From: Hyaloraphidium curvatum SAG 235-1
Lineage: Eukaryota > Fungi > Monoblepharomycota
Assembly: GCA_025558095.1 (NCBI GenBank)
Contig: JAIVFI010000014.1
Span: forward strand, 434,001-498,000
Reading direction: 5' to 3'
Length of the DNA stretch: 64,000 nucleotides
Part shown: positions 34,178-46,296 of the stretch, piece by piece
Layout: each line of letters begins with the position of its first letter
Position numbering within the stretch: the stretch's first letter is position 1
Notes under the pieces: model-generated
Database searches by the model: none
The model's input: only the letters and a program-made list of their open reading frames with translations
What the model was told of the DNA's origin: nothing
Made by a program: the position numbers and the translations under genes

Positions 34178-34647
34178 TGACCGCGCAGACAGCTTGCGGG
34201 TTAGGTTTGGCGCCCGAAGGGCGCGCAAGGTGCGCCTCCGCCGCCTGAAAGGCGGCCGGAGGCCGCCCAAACGGCCCCATCCTCTCCAGGAGCACAGGAA
34301 AGAGTCGGAATGGCGCAGTGGTCTACCGCGGAAGATCGAATTACCCGGATACGGTCCGGTTCCCAGGTCGGGCGGAGCCCGACCGAAGATCACTTCCTTG
34401 GAACTCATCCAAACCTTCACAGTGGCATCCATCTGGCACCAATCTGCACGAATTAGGTTTACTGACCGCGCAGACAGCTTGCGGGTTAGGTTTGGCGCCC
34501 GAAGGGCGCGCAAGGTGCGCCTCCGCCGCCTGAAAGGCGGCCGGAGGCCGCCCAAACGGCCCCATCTTCTCCAGGAGCACAGGAAAGAGTCGGAATGGCG
34601 CAGTGGTCTACCGCGGAAGATTCGAATTACCCGGATTCCGGTCCGGA
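34178..34647 (+). repeat. Direct repeat with a 285-bp offset (34178-34359 vs 34463-34647) covering the upstream flank and 5' half of the tRNA-Ser gene
   Basis: About 180 bp are nearly identical, from TGACCGCGCAGAC to ...CGGTCCGG. Confidence 0.9.
34304..34359 (+). pseudogene. Truncated 5'-half copy of tRNA-Ser(CGA)
   Basis: GTCGGAATGGCGCAGTGGTCTACCGCGGAAGA-TCGAATTACCCGGATACGGTCCGG has a 1-nt deletion in the anticodon loop and breaks off inside the intron. Confidence 0.8.
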
Positions 34648-34700
34648 GACGTTGCATCTTCTCCTCTCCGAGGGCGCAGGTTCGAATCCTGCTTCCGACG
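34589..34700 (+). tRNA. tRNA-Ser(CGA) with a 29-nt canonical intron (34627-34655)
   Basis: Acceptor stem GTCGGAA/TTCCGAC, D-stem GCG/CGC with TGG loop, anticodon stem GAAGA/TCTTC with loop TT-CGA-A^A, long variable arm CCTC-TCC-GAGG, T-arm GCAGG-TTCGAAT-CCTGC, discriminator G. TTTT terminator at ~34711. Confidence 0.9.
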
Positions 34701-37700
34701 AAATGGTTCCTTTTGCCTTCCTTGCTGTTTTGCACCACGTTCGCGGCGCCGGCCGCACGGCACCCTCCGAGCGCCGGGGCCATCACCTCCACCTGTGCGC
34801 CGATGCGACCTCTCCTCGGGCAGCAGGTTCCGAATCCTGCTTCCGACGAAATGGTTCCTTTTGCCTTCCTTGCTGTTTTGCACCACGTTCGCGGCGCCGG
34901 CCGCACGGCACCCTCCGAGCACCGGGGCCATCACCTCCACCTGTGCGCCGATGCGACCTCTCCTCGGGCAGCAGGTTCCGAATCCTGCTTCCGACGAAAT
35001 GGTTCCTTTTGCCTTCCTTGCTGTTTTGCACCACGTTCGCGGCGCCGGCCGCACGGCACCCTCCGAGCGCCGGGGCCATCACCTCCACCTGTGCGCCGAT
35101 GCGACCTCTCCTCGGGCAGCAGGTTCCGAATCCTGCTTCCGACGAAATGGTTCCTTTTGCCTTCCTTGCTGTTTTGCACCACGTTCGCGGCGCCGGCCGC
35201 ACGGCACCCTCCGAGCGCCGGGGCCATCACCTCCACCTGTGCGCCGATGCGACCTCTCCTCGGGCAGCAGGTTCCGAATCCTGCTTCCGACGAAATGGTT
35301 CCTTTTGCCTTCCTTGCTGTTTTGCACCACGTTCGCGGCGCCGGCCGCACGGCACCCTCCGAGCGCCGGGGCCATCACCTCCACCTGTGCGCCGATGCGA
35401 CCTCTCCTCGGGCAGCAGGTTCCGAATCCTGCTTCCGACGAAATGGTTCCTTTTGCCTTCCTTGCTGTTTTGCACCACGTTCGCGGCGCCGGCCGCACGG
35501 CACCCTCCGAGCGCCGGGGCCATCACCTCCACCTGTGCGCCGATGCGACCTCTCCTCGGGCAGCAGGTTCCGAATCCTGCTTCCGACGAAATGGTTCCTT
35601 TTGCCTTCCTTGCTGTTTTGCACCACGTTCGCGGCGCCGGCCGCACGGCACCCTCCGAGCGCCGGGGCCATCACCTCCACCTGTGCGCCGATGCGACCTC
35701 TCCTCGGGCAGCAGGTTCCGAATCCTGCTTCCGACGAAATGGTTCCTTTTGCCTTCCTTGCTGTTTTGCACCACGTTCGCGGCGCCGGCCGCACGGCACC
35801 CTCCGAGCGCCGGGGCCATCACCTCCACCTGTGCGCCGATGCGACCTCTCCTCGGGCAGCAGGTTCCGAATCCTGCTTCCGACGAAATGGTTCCTTTTGC
35901 CTTCCTTGCTGGCGGGCATCACCTCCACCTGTGCGCCGATGCGACCTCTCCTCGGGCAGCAGGTTCCGAATCCTGCTTCCGACGAAATGGTTCCTTTTGC
36001 CTTCCTTGCTGTTTTGCACCACGTTCGCGGCGCCGGCCGCACGGCACCCTCCGAGCGCCGGGGCCATCACCTCCACCTGTGCGCCGATGCGACCTCTCCT
36101 CGGGCAGCAGGTTCCGAATCCTGCTTCCGACGAAATGGTTCCTTTTGCCTTCCTTGCTGTTTTGCACCACGTTCGCGCGCCGGCCGCACGGCACCCTCCG
36201 AGCGCCGGGGCCATCACCTCCACCTGTGCGCCGATGCGACCTCTCCTCGGGCAGCAGGTTCCGAATCCTGCTTCCGACGAAATGGTTCCTTTTGCCTTCC
36301 TTGCTGTTTTGCACCACGTTCGCGGCGCCGGCCGCACGGCACCCTCCGAGCGCCGGGGCCATCACCTCCACCTGTGCGCCGATGCGACCTCTCCTCGGGC
36401 AGCAGGTTCCGAATCCTGCTTCCGACGAAATGGTTCCTTTTGCCTTCCTTGCTGTTTTGCACCACGTTCGCGGCGCCGGCCGCACGGCACCCTCCGAGCG
36501 CCGGGGCCATCACCTCCACCTGTGCGCCGATGCGACCTCTCCTCGGGCAGCAGGTTCCGAATCCTGCTTCCGACGAAATGGTTCCTTTTGCCTTCCTTGC
36601 TGTTTTGCACCACGTTCGCGGCGCCGGCCGCACGGCACCCTCCGAGCGCCGGGGCCATCACCTCCACCTGTGCGCCGATGCGACCTCTCCTCGGGCAGCA
36701 GGTTCCAATCCTGCTTCCGACGAAATGGTTCCTTTTGCCTTCCTTGCTGTTTTGCACCACGTTCGCGGCGCCGGCCGCACGGCACCCTCCGAGCGCCGGG
36801 GCCATCACCTCCACCTGTGCGCCGATGCGACCTCTCCTCGGGCAGCAGGTTCCGAATCCTGCTCTGCTTCCGACGAAATGGTTCCTTTTGCCTTCCTTGC
36901 TGTTTTGCACCACGTTCGCGGCGCCGGCCGCACGGCACCCTCCGAGCGCCGGGGCCATCACCTCCACCTGTGCGCCGATGCGACCTCTCCTCGGGCAGCA
37001 GGTTCCGAATCCTGCTTCCGACGAAATGGTTCCTTTTGCCTTCCTTGCTGTTTTGCACCACGTTCGCGGCGCCGGCCGCACGGCACCCTCCGAGCGCCGG
37101 GGCCATCACCTCCACCTGTGCGCCGATGCGACCTCTCCTCGGGCAGCAGGTTCCAAATCCTGCTTCCGACGAAATGGTTCCTTTTGCCTTCCTTGCTGTT
37201 TTGCACCACGTTCGCGGCGCCGGCCGCACGGCACCCTCCGAGCGCCGGGGCCATCACCTCCACCTGTGCGCCGATGCGACCTCTCCTCGGGCAGCAGGTT
37301 CCGAATCCTGCTTCCGACGAAATGGTTCCTTTTGCCTTCCTTGCTGTTTTGCACCACGTTCGCGGCGCCGGCCGCACGGCACCCTCCGAGCGCCGGGGCC
37401 ATCACCTCCACCTGTGCGCCGATGCGACCTCTCCTCGGGCAGCAGGTTCCAAATCCTGCTTCCGACGAAATGGTTCCTTTTGCCTTCCTTGCTGTTTTGC
37501 ACCACGTTCGCGGCGCCGGCCGCACGGCACCCTCCGAGCGCCGGGGCCATCACCTCCACCTGTGCGCCGATGCGACCTCTCCTCGGGCAGCAGGTTCCGA
37601 ATCCTGCTTCCGACGAAATGGTTCCTTTTGCCTTCCTTGCTGTTTTGCACCACGTTCGCGGCGCCGGCCGCACGGCACCCTCCGAGCGCCGGGGCCATCA

Positions 37701-37842
37701 CCTCCACCTGTGCGCCGATGCGACCTCTCCTCGGGCAGCAGGTTCCGAATCCTGCTTCCGACGAAATGGTTCCTTTTGCCTTCCTTGCTGTTTTGCACCA
37801 CGTTCGCGGCGCCGGCCGCACGGCACCCTCCGAGCGCCGGGG
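34684..37842 (+). repeat. Tandem array of about 21.5 x 148-bp units, each made of the tRNA 3' flank plus a degenerate tRNA-Ser 3' end
   Basis: The (G/A)AATCCTGCTTCCGACGAAATGG motif recurs every 148 bp (34684, 34832, 34980 ... 37747). One unit has a ~48-bp deletion (~35910) and others have small indels. There are no spacers. Confidence 0.97.
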
Positions 37843-39737
37843 GCAATACCTAGCCCACGCACCCGGCCTCACAGCTCAAGAGACGGCTCTGCTTGTACAT
37901 GCACCCCGATACTGCACCAACATCGGATGCCCGTTTCTTTCAATTCTCGATGGTGCTTTGGATGCTTGCGGCAAAGATCGGCCGGCCTGTCGATCTCGAT
38001 CTCCTGCGAGAACGATCGAAGCGCTGCCGGCCGGCCATTGTCCCCACATCCAGTCGTGACATTGATTGGCAACACAACAATCTGGCGGTCTTTATCTTTG
38101 TCTCCGTCGTCCTTTTCTAGTAATTATCTCCTTATCAGATGCCAGCTGGTGGGTGAGGGCAGGCCCTGCACAGTCAAGGCCAGCCACGGATCACAGTAAG
38201 CGGCTGTCCACCGCCACTTCGACATCCGATGACGGATCCGCATGTCCGCCCTACTAGCATGCTTGCCTTGTCTCAAGAACATCTTTGCGGTCGAGCGCTG
38301 CAGTGATGGGCTCGGAAACGAGCAGGTCAAGCCGGCCCAGCATGATGGGTCTGTCTCCGAGCATGCAACCCGCTTCCTCCCCGGGAGCACCGCGGGCGGC
38401 TCGTCGCGTCGCCGGACAGACTCGATGCTTCCGCGCCCTTGCCCTGCGCTGGCGCAGACGCGTTCGCGAGCCGCGCCGGAGGGCCGCGCCGACGCCGGGA
38501 CCCGTACCTCGCGCTACCCCTGTCTCCACCCTATCGCGGCACCTGTTCCCCGATGCGAGTTGACTTGCGTTTCCCGTGCCATGTGGTCCCTCCTGCCGCG
38601 GAGAGACCGTCGAGGCGTCTAGTCGCTCTCCAGACGCGGCCCGGAATGGCCAGGTTGCCGCGGAATCGTCTTGGGGTGCCACTTCGCCGGCACCGCGGCG
38701 CTACGGCCCTTTCCCTATCGAGAGGCGATGCAAATTGATGTCGATGGGCAGGAGCACGGAGAGGAACACCGAATCTGGCTGCCCGACCGTCTTTGCGCCG
38801 CATCCGGGTCCGCTCGACGGGACACAGACCTGGACCGTTCTGCGTGTCGACCATCCTTTGTGGTTGTCTTCATACCGCTCCGAAATCGCACCGAGCCACT
38901 CTTGACCGTATACCTTGCCAACGGGCACTCGACGGGCCTGCCGTTCGGAGCCGATCCTTGACGAGGTCCTCAGTGGGCCAGAAGGAGCTGCGCCAAAGTC
39001 GACGCCTGTCTCTGAACTGGAACAGCCATTTGCCAGCCTGAAAGAACCCTTCTCAGAATGACTTCCGAGCCTGTTCCGATCGAGGCTTGTGCTGGCCCGC
39101 TGGTTCGTACGCCGACGAGGATCACGACCTTCTGCTTTCGCCTTCTGATGATTTCGTCGTAGTTCTGGCCCTCTGTCTTTCTTCCTCGTCTCTTTTAGTG
39201 CCTACAGCTATCGCTTGACCAACCGCCTCGGACTCTCCTAGAGCCGCCTTTCCGCATTCATCCTGGGCACGGCGATCGCCGCTTCAGCGCCAGGATGCAG
39301 CGAACCTTTATGAATAGAAAGATAGTAGCATTGATCTGAGCGAATCAGGGCACTTGAAGTTGGGTTGCACGGAAAGGTTGGTCGGGGCGCCGATCGCGAC
39401 GGCCAGCCTCGAATCTCGATCGGCGCGTCCGTTTTCTTCGGCCGACTCTCTCGCTCTTGAGGGCCGCAAAAACGACTCCGGCCCGGCGGAAGCAGCGGCA
39501 GAAAAGGGCTGAAGCTGCCGTGGGCGCGGAGGCGCCGAATTCGTCGCCCCTGCGCGAGATCTGGCCCCCCGCTGCTTCCTCGCGGCACGCGCGCCGCCGG
39601 GCTGTTGAAGATCTGCGGCGGCCTCGGTCGGGCTCCAGCAGTGCTCACGGACCCTTTTGCTGCCCTCCTCGACCGATCAGAGGTCCCGCGGACGGTAGTC
39701 GCCTCGGCTGGGCCGTGCGCGCTGCGCTGCGATCGCG

Positions 39738-42736
39738 ATGCCCGCGATGGACGGACGGCAGGCGCTGCTGGCACTCGAGGGCCTTATCATGCAAAAGGCC
39801 GGGCAGGCGCGGATGCCCGTTGATCTCTTTCGCATCGGCTTTTGCGCCCTCTTCAAGTCCGGGACCCTGGCCTACATCGACCTCGGCAAGCGCACCTTCG
39901 CCCTGCGCCTCGGCCGGGACCATGCACACGTGCCGCCCAAAGCAGGGTGCAATCACTCAGCCTACTTCAAGAACTTCTACCCCGCGGGCGTCGAGGGCGC
40001 TGTCGTGGACGTGGAGATCGAAGCTGCGGAAGGCGGCGACCTGCTGATCGTGCGCGAGAGCTCGGACGAGCACGCATACGGCGGCGGCACGGGGAACACG
40101 GCGTACCGAAAGAAGATGCCGCCGCACGGGCTCCTCAAGGAGCTGGGGCCGTTGAAGCGCGAACTTTGCCTCGGCCACGACCTGGTCCCGCACGAGCGAG
40201 ACGGCTGCGAGGTCGTCGTCATCGCGCTCACCATGATCGTGTGCGGAAACAAGTCCGCCAACATGAACTTGTACGGCTACTGGTGGTGGGATCCCCTCCG
40301 CAAGGCGACGCAGCTCTCGGGCATGCACAAGGTCGTGCTCCAGCGCCATGTCGCGATCGTCGGGACCGCGGCGCCCAAGCTGCAACACAAGTTCCTGAAT
40401 GGCGACAAGCCGTTCCCGATCAACGAGGTTTACGAGGATGAGTACCGTTCGCCGAGCATCCACTACCTCAGCGAGAAGTTCGGGCATGCGCCGATCCCCT
40501 TCCTCAACGAGTACCCCGACGAAGACAGCGCCGACGTCCGGAGGCTCAAGCTGACGGACGATGCCATCGAAGTCAACACGAAGAAGCTGCTGGTTCGCCT
40601 GCGCAAGCTCGAAAGGACCACGCTCGTCGTCGTTTCGGGCGATCGCAAGACGCATCTCACCTCGGTGCCGACGGCCAAGTGGTGGCCGGGCGACGCCCAC
40701 TCGTTCCTCGGCAAGAGCTGGTGCGCGGTCGTGAAGCTGGATGAAGAGACGGGCAAGTGCTACTGCATCGTGACCGTCAGCGACTCGGCCATGGGCACGA
40801 GCTACGGCGTCGGCACGGCTTTGGCCATGTTCGACGAGTACTGGAGCCTTTTTGCGGAGTACGTCGAGAAGCTCGCCTGGTTCTCCGCGGCCTTGTGCAA
40901 GTACTTTGCGCCGAAGTGCTACGAGCACGCCCGCCTCCTCCGCCGGATCTTCGCGTATCTCGGGCCCGAAGTCCTGCGCAAGGCGTCGAGGCTCGTGGGC
41001 GTCTTGAAGCACAGCAAAGGCGGTGGCAAAGGCAGGCTTCGTCCGACCGGTCGGTCAAGCCGAGTACTCATGGAGCGCCCCATGCCCGCAGCCCTCACGG
41101 ATCCGCACTCGCTCAAGGCGATCAAGATCCCCGAAGCCCTCCGATCTGCCCCCCGCATCACCGCTGCCGACGTGCCCGCCGAGTACGAGAAGGTGCGCGG
41201 CGAGTGGGCCGAGCGCCGCCGCCTCCTTCCCTCGCGAGGTCGCGGCGAGGCCGCGTCCGCCGCCGCCGAAGTCGAGAACGAAACCGCGCTCGTTCTCGGG
41301 GAGCTCGTCGACGACGACCAGGAGATCGACGAGGCCTTCGCCGCGTTGACCGTGCCGTCCGAGGAGGCAGCCCTCGCCGCGCCGGCCGCCAAGAAGGGCG
41401 ATCGGGACAGCGGCCCCAGCAAGGAATCCCGCCAGGACGCCCTCCGGCACCGCGAGCTCGCGCGCAAGACCCAGATCCGCAACCACGCCTTCTTCTCCAC
41501 CGGCGGAGAGCTTGACGCGCTGCCCCGCGAAGAGCGAGAGGCGAAGCTGCGCGAGAGCGAGAGGGCAATCGGAGCGGCCTGGGCGAGGCACTACCAGCCA
41601 AACATCATCATGAAGGTCGCCGAGCATGGCCTCCTGCCGCCGTTCCCCGGCCTTACGCAGCCCCTCACGAAGCCTTCAATCCTCGAGATGCCGAAAGACG
41701 ACTACGACGCTGTTTACCGCGTCGCGCTCGAGCAGTTCTACGTGCTGCGCCGGATTACCCCGTATTCGCCTCTGGCCGAATTCATTCGTTGCCTTTTCTG
41801 CGGGATGTTGATGTGCAAGGTCGTTCAGGGAGACCCCACCGGCACCCAGCTCCCCGACATCATCCACGCCACGTGCCACGAGGGCGACACGCCGTGCCCC
41901 CTGTTCAAAGGCCGCGAATCCGGCGCCGCCGTCAAAATCTCGCGTGGGTTCATGTTCGTCAGCAGCTCGGCCGAAGGACCGGAAATCATGCCGGCCGCGC
42001 ACATCCTCGAGCGGTTCGTGGCGGCAAAGGCGACGGCCGCGGCGATCACGCAGCGGAAGATCGTCGTCGTTGGCCACCACCTCTTCAAGATCCAGTTTAT
42101 CGAGTTCATACTCGACAGGAGGGACGCGGGGGAGCCCGGGGCCGCCTTCGTCGCGACCTTTTTCCGAGACCACTTCGCCGACCTCCTCGCTTCGATCCCT
42201 CAGCTGCTCCGGCGCGTCGGCTTAGCTGCGGATCCGGAGATCGAGATCACGAAGACGCGTCTGGACGCTCTGAAGAACTCGTTCGCTCACGTCTTCGACC
42301 ACCAGCTCAAGGCGCTGCTCAAGAAGCTCGACGGCCAGATCCGGAAAGTCGGGGAGCGCAAGCGCGTGAGGCCCAACGAGGGGACCGACACGGCTGACGT
42401 CCCTCTCTACGCCCTCGGAGACCGCGAGGTCGTGATCCGGCAGGGTGACCTAGACCGGGAAGACCGCACGAGGTGCTGGCCGGCAAGACTCCCGGTCCCA
42501 GGAGCGGACCACCGACGCTGTTTGCTCCGGAGCGCCACTTCGGCGACGAGTCGGAGGACACGAAGGGAGGAGGGGCCAAGGCGGCAAAGGGCCGCGGGGG
42601 AGGGGGCGCGAAGACAAAGACCGGGAGTTCGGCGGGAGGCGATGGGCCGCGCAAGAGGAAGGCAGCGGCGCCTGCCAAGGCGGAGGAGAAGAGCGGGAAG
42701 AAGCAGAAGACCCTGAGTTTCGGGTCGGAGAAGTGA
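39738..42736 (+). CDS. Large orphan protein (~990 aa, uninterrupted ORF) with a putative divergent UDG-superfamily domain, a Cys/His Zn-binding motif and a basic PIP-like tail after a frame change at ~42450
   Basis: Long ORF with globular-protein composition. Motifs VAIVGTAAP...NGDKPF...FLNEYP...LVVVSG and CLFC...HATC...C. The alternative frame ends in KKQKTLSFGSEK*. Confidence 0.6.
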
Positions 42737-42827
42737 CGATAGAGTTGGATGGGATACGGGCAGATAATAGGCAACACGCGATCGCAGGCATGCCCGGCGC
42801 GGTATCCAGAACAATGTGTGTTTTAAA

Positions 42828-42964
42828 TGTCACCTTAGATCACCCAGGTCACCCCGCGCGCGCGCCTAACCCGCCTATCAAAAATTCGGGTGACTTTCCC
42901 AAACTATACTGCCGGCTGGCGGGGTGACTTTCCAGAGCTATACCGTATAGCTCCGAAAAGTCAC
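42828..42964. repeat. Cluster of GGTGAC/GTCACC repeats with a 22-bp imperfect direct repeat and a 41-bp palindrome
   Basis: GGGTGACTTTCC(CAAA/AGAG)CTATAC at 42888 and 42922. Palindrome GTGACTTT-CCA-GAGCTATA-CCG-TATAGCTC-CGA-AAAGTCAC at 42924-42964. Confidence 0.8.
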
Positions 42965-45027
42965 GCGGCAGTTCACCTCATAGGCCGGCAAGGTCGGCGA
43001 CCCCGTGCGCGTCCCACGCTCCGCCCGGCCGCGCGCCGGCCGGCGCAGCGTCGCAGCAAGTGCCGCCGCACGTGCCGGTGGGCGCGGCGGACGCGCTCGG
43101 CCGGGGACCTTGTGTGGGAGCGGCACCCCAGGGCTCGAGGGGCCCCGCGGTGTTCCTCGTGGAATGCCCCTCGCCGAGCTCGGCAGGCTCGGCGGCAGCG
43201 TTGACTACGACGTTGTTTACGGGGATGCCGGGCCCATTGTTTCCTGGAGCTGTTTGTGGAGCCGGACGGTGGACCTCGCGGCGGCGGCGAGTCCGAGGCA
43301 CTTCCTCGGCTTCGAGTGCCTGTTTGGAGGCAGGCGGCGCCGCATGCATCTCGCAAGGAACATATTCTCTAGGATTGCGCGGCTGGATCCGCCCTTGGAG
43401 GCCGCTGTACAGGGTTTGCTGCCGGCCCCCGCCGCGGCGCTGGTTGTCGGCCCCCACGCTCTCTGCTGGGCGAGGACTGGCCAGGAAATCAGGGGTAGCA
43501 GACTTTCATGGTGCTGGCCAATTCCATTGGCTAGAAGGATCGCGGCGCCGAGGTTCCTGGCGACAGTTGGGGCACTTTCTTTGATTCGGATGCGTTGCTC
43601 CTTCACACCTGGCCGTTACCTCCGACAAGGCAAGATTGGACCACTGAGAAAATTCGGCAATCAAAGGAAGCATTGCCCTCTTGTTTGCCAGAGGTCCCAC
43701 AGGCCTCAACCCTGTTGCATACGGGCGAACCCGCCCATGCGCGTATCAGCTTCTCTGCATCTGCCAGAACGCGACTGTCGGGGTAACGGGGCCGGGATAT
43801 CGTATTTGAAGATGGAGAATAGAACGAATTGCGTTCCGCGGGATGCTTCCTACATGCCCGACCCTTCCCACGCCGCCAGCACGCGCCCCGCGAACCTCTC
43901 CTTCCCCTCCCGCTCTGTCAGGTACTTCACGGCCTTTGCAACATTGCGAGCAAGCGAGGAGGCATCCAGGTACCCTCGCTGAACCCCTTTGGCGCGATGA
44001 TCAATGTCCTTTCCTCGCTCCCGCAGGACACCGAGCAAGAATGCCGGCGACAGCCCTTTTCCATTCCGCTGCATTTTGCTTCCCCGAACGGCTGGGGAGG
44101 CCGGCCGCTGCGCCCGGGGCCGGCGGCCCGAGTTGGGCGGGGAGGCCGGGGACGCCGGGTCTGAGCGCGCAAGGCGAGTCCCGCGCCTCTTCCACCTTTC
44201 CCTCCGCCGCAGCTGGTCCCGCAGGCCCTTCAACGATTCGTTTGGCGTCCATGCAAGTCGCTTCAGACCCGGAGTCGCGCAAAGGAGAAGTCGAGGTGCG
44301 AGAATTGTCGGAGTTGTCGGGTCGCCCAGGGGTTTCGACGGGAGAGCCGCGCGGCACGTCTTGAGGCCCTCTGAGCCGCTCGAGCTGTACAGAGTTGCGC
44401 CTAGCTGTTTTGGTTGCGGGAACGCTGCTGACCGCAGTTCCGCGTGGAGGGCATGTTGGCCGAGGTGCGGTGAAGCCTATGCCCGCGCTCAGGCCGGCGC
44501 GGGGGCCGGCGATCACCCCCAGAGGGCGGCCAATCAGGCGCCTCCTCGGGCGCAGGTTCTGAGACTTAATGCAGCGAGTCGGATGCCGTCGCAACTGATG
44601 CCATTCTGGTTCCCCACGTTTGCTATGGCGTGCAACTTCCGTCCGGGCGCCGTCCTTCCTCAATGCGCCTCGCCTCCGCATGCGCCTTCCCTGAGGAATC
44701 GCTCTCTGGAAATTCAGACATGGCGAACATGGAAATGCTTGCGCACTTTCTTGGCGCGCTTTGTGCCGAAACTGTTTGCCGTCGGCATGTGCATCGAGCA
44801 TCGTTGTGCCAATTGCTATTGCGCTCAGTGATAGGGGAGCGAGGCTCGTGGGCGGCGCCCGTTTGACAATTGCGACGGTGAGATGAGGCGTGACTGCCGT
44901 GACGCCAAGGACCGGCCCGTGAGCCCGGACAGCCGGACGATCCCGAGTCGTTAGAATACGAAGGGCAGACGAATTCATGAAGGAAACGGGAAGGGCATCA
45001 TTTCTTCTCCAGAGGGAATCGGTACAA

Positions 45028-46296
45028 TTATGCCCCGCTCGACTCTGCCAATTCCTCGAACGCCTCCTCCCAGTAAGGGTACTCGACCCCGCTCGACTCT
45101 CTCAATGCCTCGAACGCCTCCTCCCAGTCACGATATGCCTCGAATTCGACCCCGTGGACCCCGAGCCAAAAGTCCTCCTCCGCCTTCAACTTCTCTACGA
45201 AGTCAAGGTCCTCCCAGACGAATGAGGTCCAGTCCAGGAAGATCCGGAGCCGTAATCCCGACGCTTCAATTGCCGACTTGATCGCAGAAAGTCGTTCCGC
45301 TTCCGAAGATTTGCACAGAGTCAGAGCGGCGTAGCGAATCGTCAACTCCTTAAGCTGATGAAACCCGGAAGAAACAATGTCATAAATGACCTCCGTACCG
45401 ACCGGAGTTGCAAACTCCTGCGTGAAATCCAGCGATTGCAGCTGTGGAAAGGCAGCAAAGATGCGCCGCAGATCGTCGCGGCTCGTCACGATCTCGTTGG
45501 CGCTTCGCAAGTGCTTTATCTGGGCAAAATCACCCGACAGCCAGGGTTCAAGGGGGAAGTCCGTGTGGAGCCGTACGAGGCGGCGCGGCAAGCTCGGGAA
45601 CAGGAGCAGCGCATCCGGCCAGGTCGGGAAACTTGAATGAACCGAAGACACGAGCCCTTCCTCGAGAGTAATTGCGAGATCAAAGGTCTCGAGCGTGTCC
45701 AAGTCGTGGAGATGCTGCAGCAGCGGTACGTACGATCGTGCGCCGCGCTCCCCGTCCTCACGCCTCCACATGGACCACCCACAGTGTCGGTGAAGTTAAA
45801 CGTGACGCAGATCTGTCGCGTCCCGCATGGCGTGCCACAGCTCTGCAAGTCCATCGTTTGGCTCCTCGACGTGCAATGACAGCTGTTTGAGGTGCGGCGC
45901 GCACCGCCGCAGGAGAGCGAGTTGAAAATCCGCCACGTCCGTCCCTTCGAGGCTCAGAGAGAGCGCGGAGACGCGGTGCAGCTTTTCGAGCCCCAGCGCG
46001 TCGGCGAGCAATCCCCGATGGGCGTCGTATGCGGCATGGTATCGTCGCGGGACGGCGACCTCGCGCATGAGCACCCCGATGCCCAGGCGCAGCACGTCCC
46101 GGCACGTGGAAAGCATGTTCAAAAGCGAGCGCTTCAGTCCGCGGGCCCGTAGGTTTTCCATGATGAGCAGGAGGATCTCCGGCAGCAGCGTCGGCTCGAG
46201 CGGCGCGGGGTTGCCGGGAGGAGAACTCGACGCGGCGCGGACGGTGGGGCGCGGGTGGCGCAGGAAACGCGGTGCGCGAGCGGAGGCGTGGGCCAT
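45028..46296 (-). pseudogene. F-box-like / LRR-like gene interrupted by one in-frame TAA (45796-45798)
   Basis: F-box-like LLPEILLLIMENL...LLNMLSTCRDV. ORFs 45796-46296 and 45028-45771 are in the same frame. LRR-like segments FPQLQSLDF and FHQLKELTI. A 54-bp internal duplication lies at the C-terminus. Confidence 0.55.

Noticed and set aside
34810-37770. Array of functional tRNA genes or retrotransposon primer-binding sites
   Set aside because: The units lack the 5' half and anticodon arm and have a disrupted T-loop. The reverse complement is not preceded by TGG or an LTR end.
34684-37842. CRISPR-like array
   Set aside because: The units are identical end to end, with no unique spacers, no cas genes, and a eukaryotic context.
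34194-38199. Three ~1150-1220-aa plus-strand ORFs and many 139-aa minus-strand ORFs
   Set aside because: These are artefacts of a stop-free 148-bp tandem unit (not a multiple of 3) that cycles through the frames.
37850-39450. Possible transposon or RT remnant after the array
   Set aside because: I could not recognise any RT, integrase, transposase or RepHel motif in the short ORFs.
43000-44980. Overlapping 130-325-aa ORFs
   Set aside because: They show no recognisable domains or consistent coding frame, so no call can be supported.
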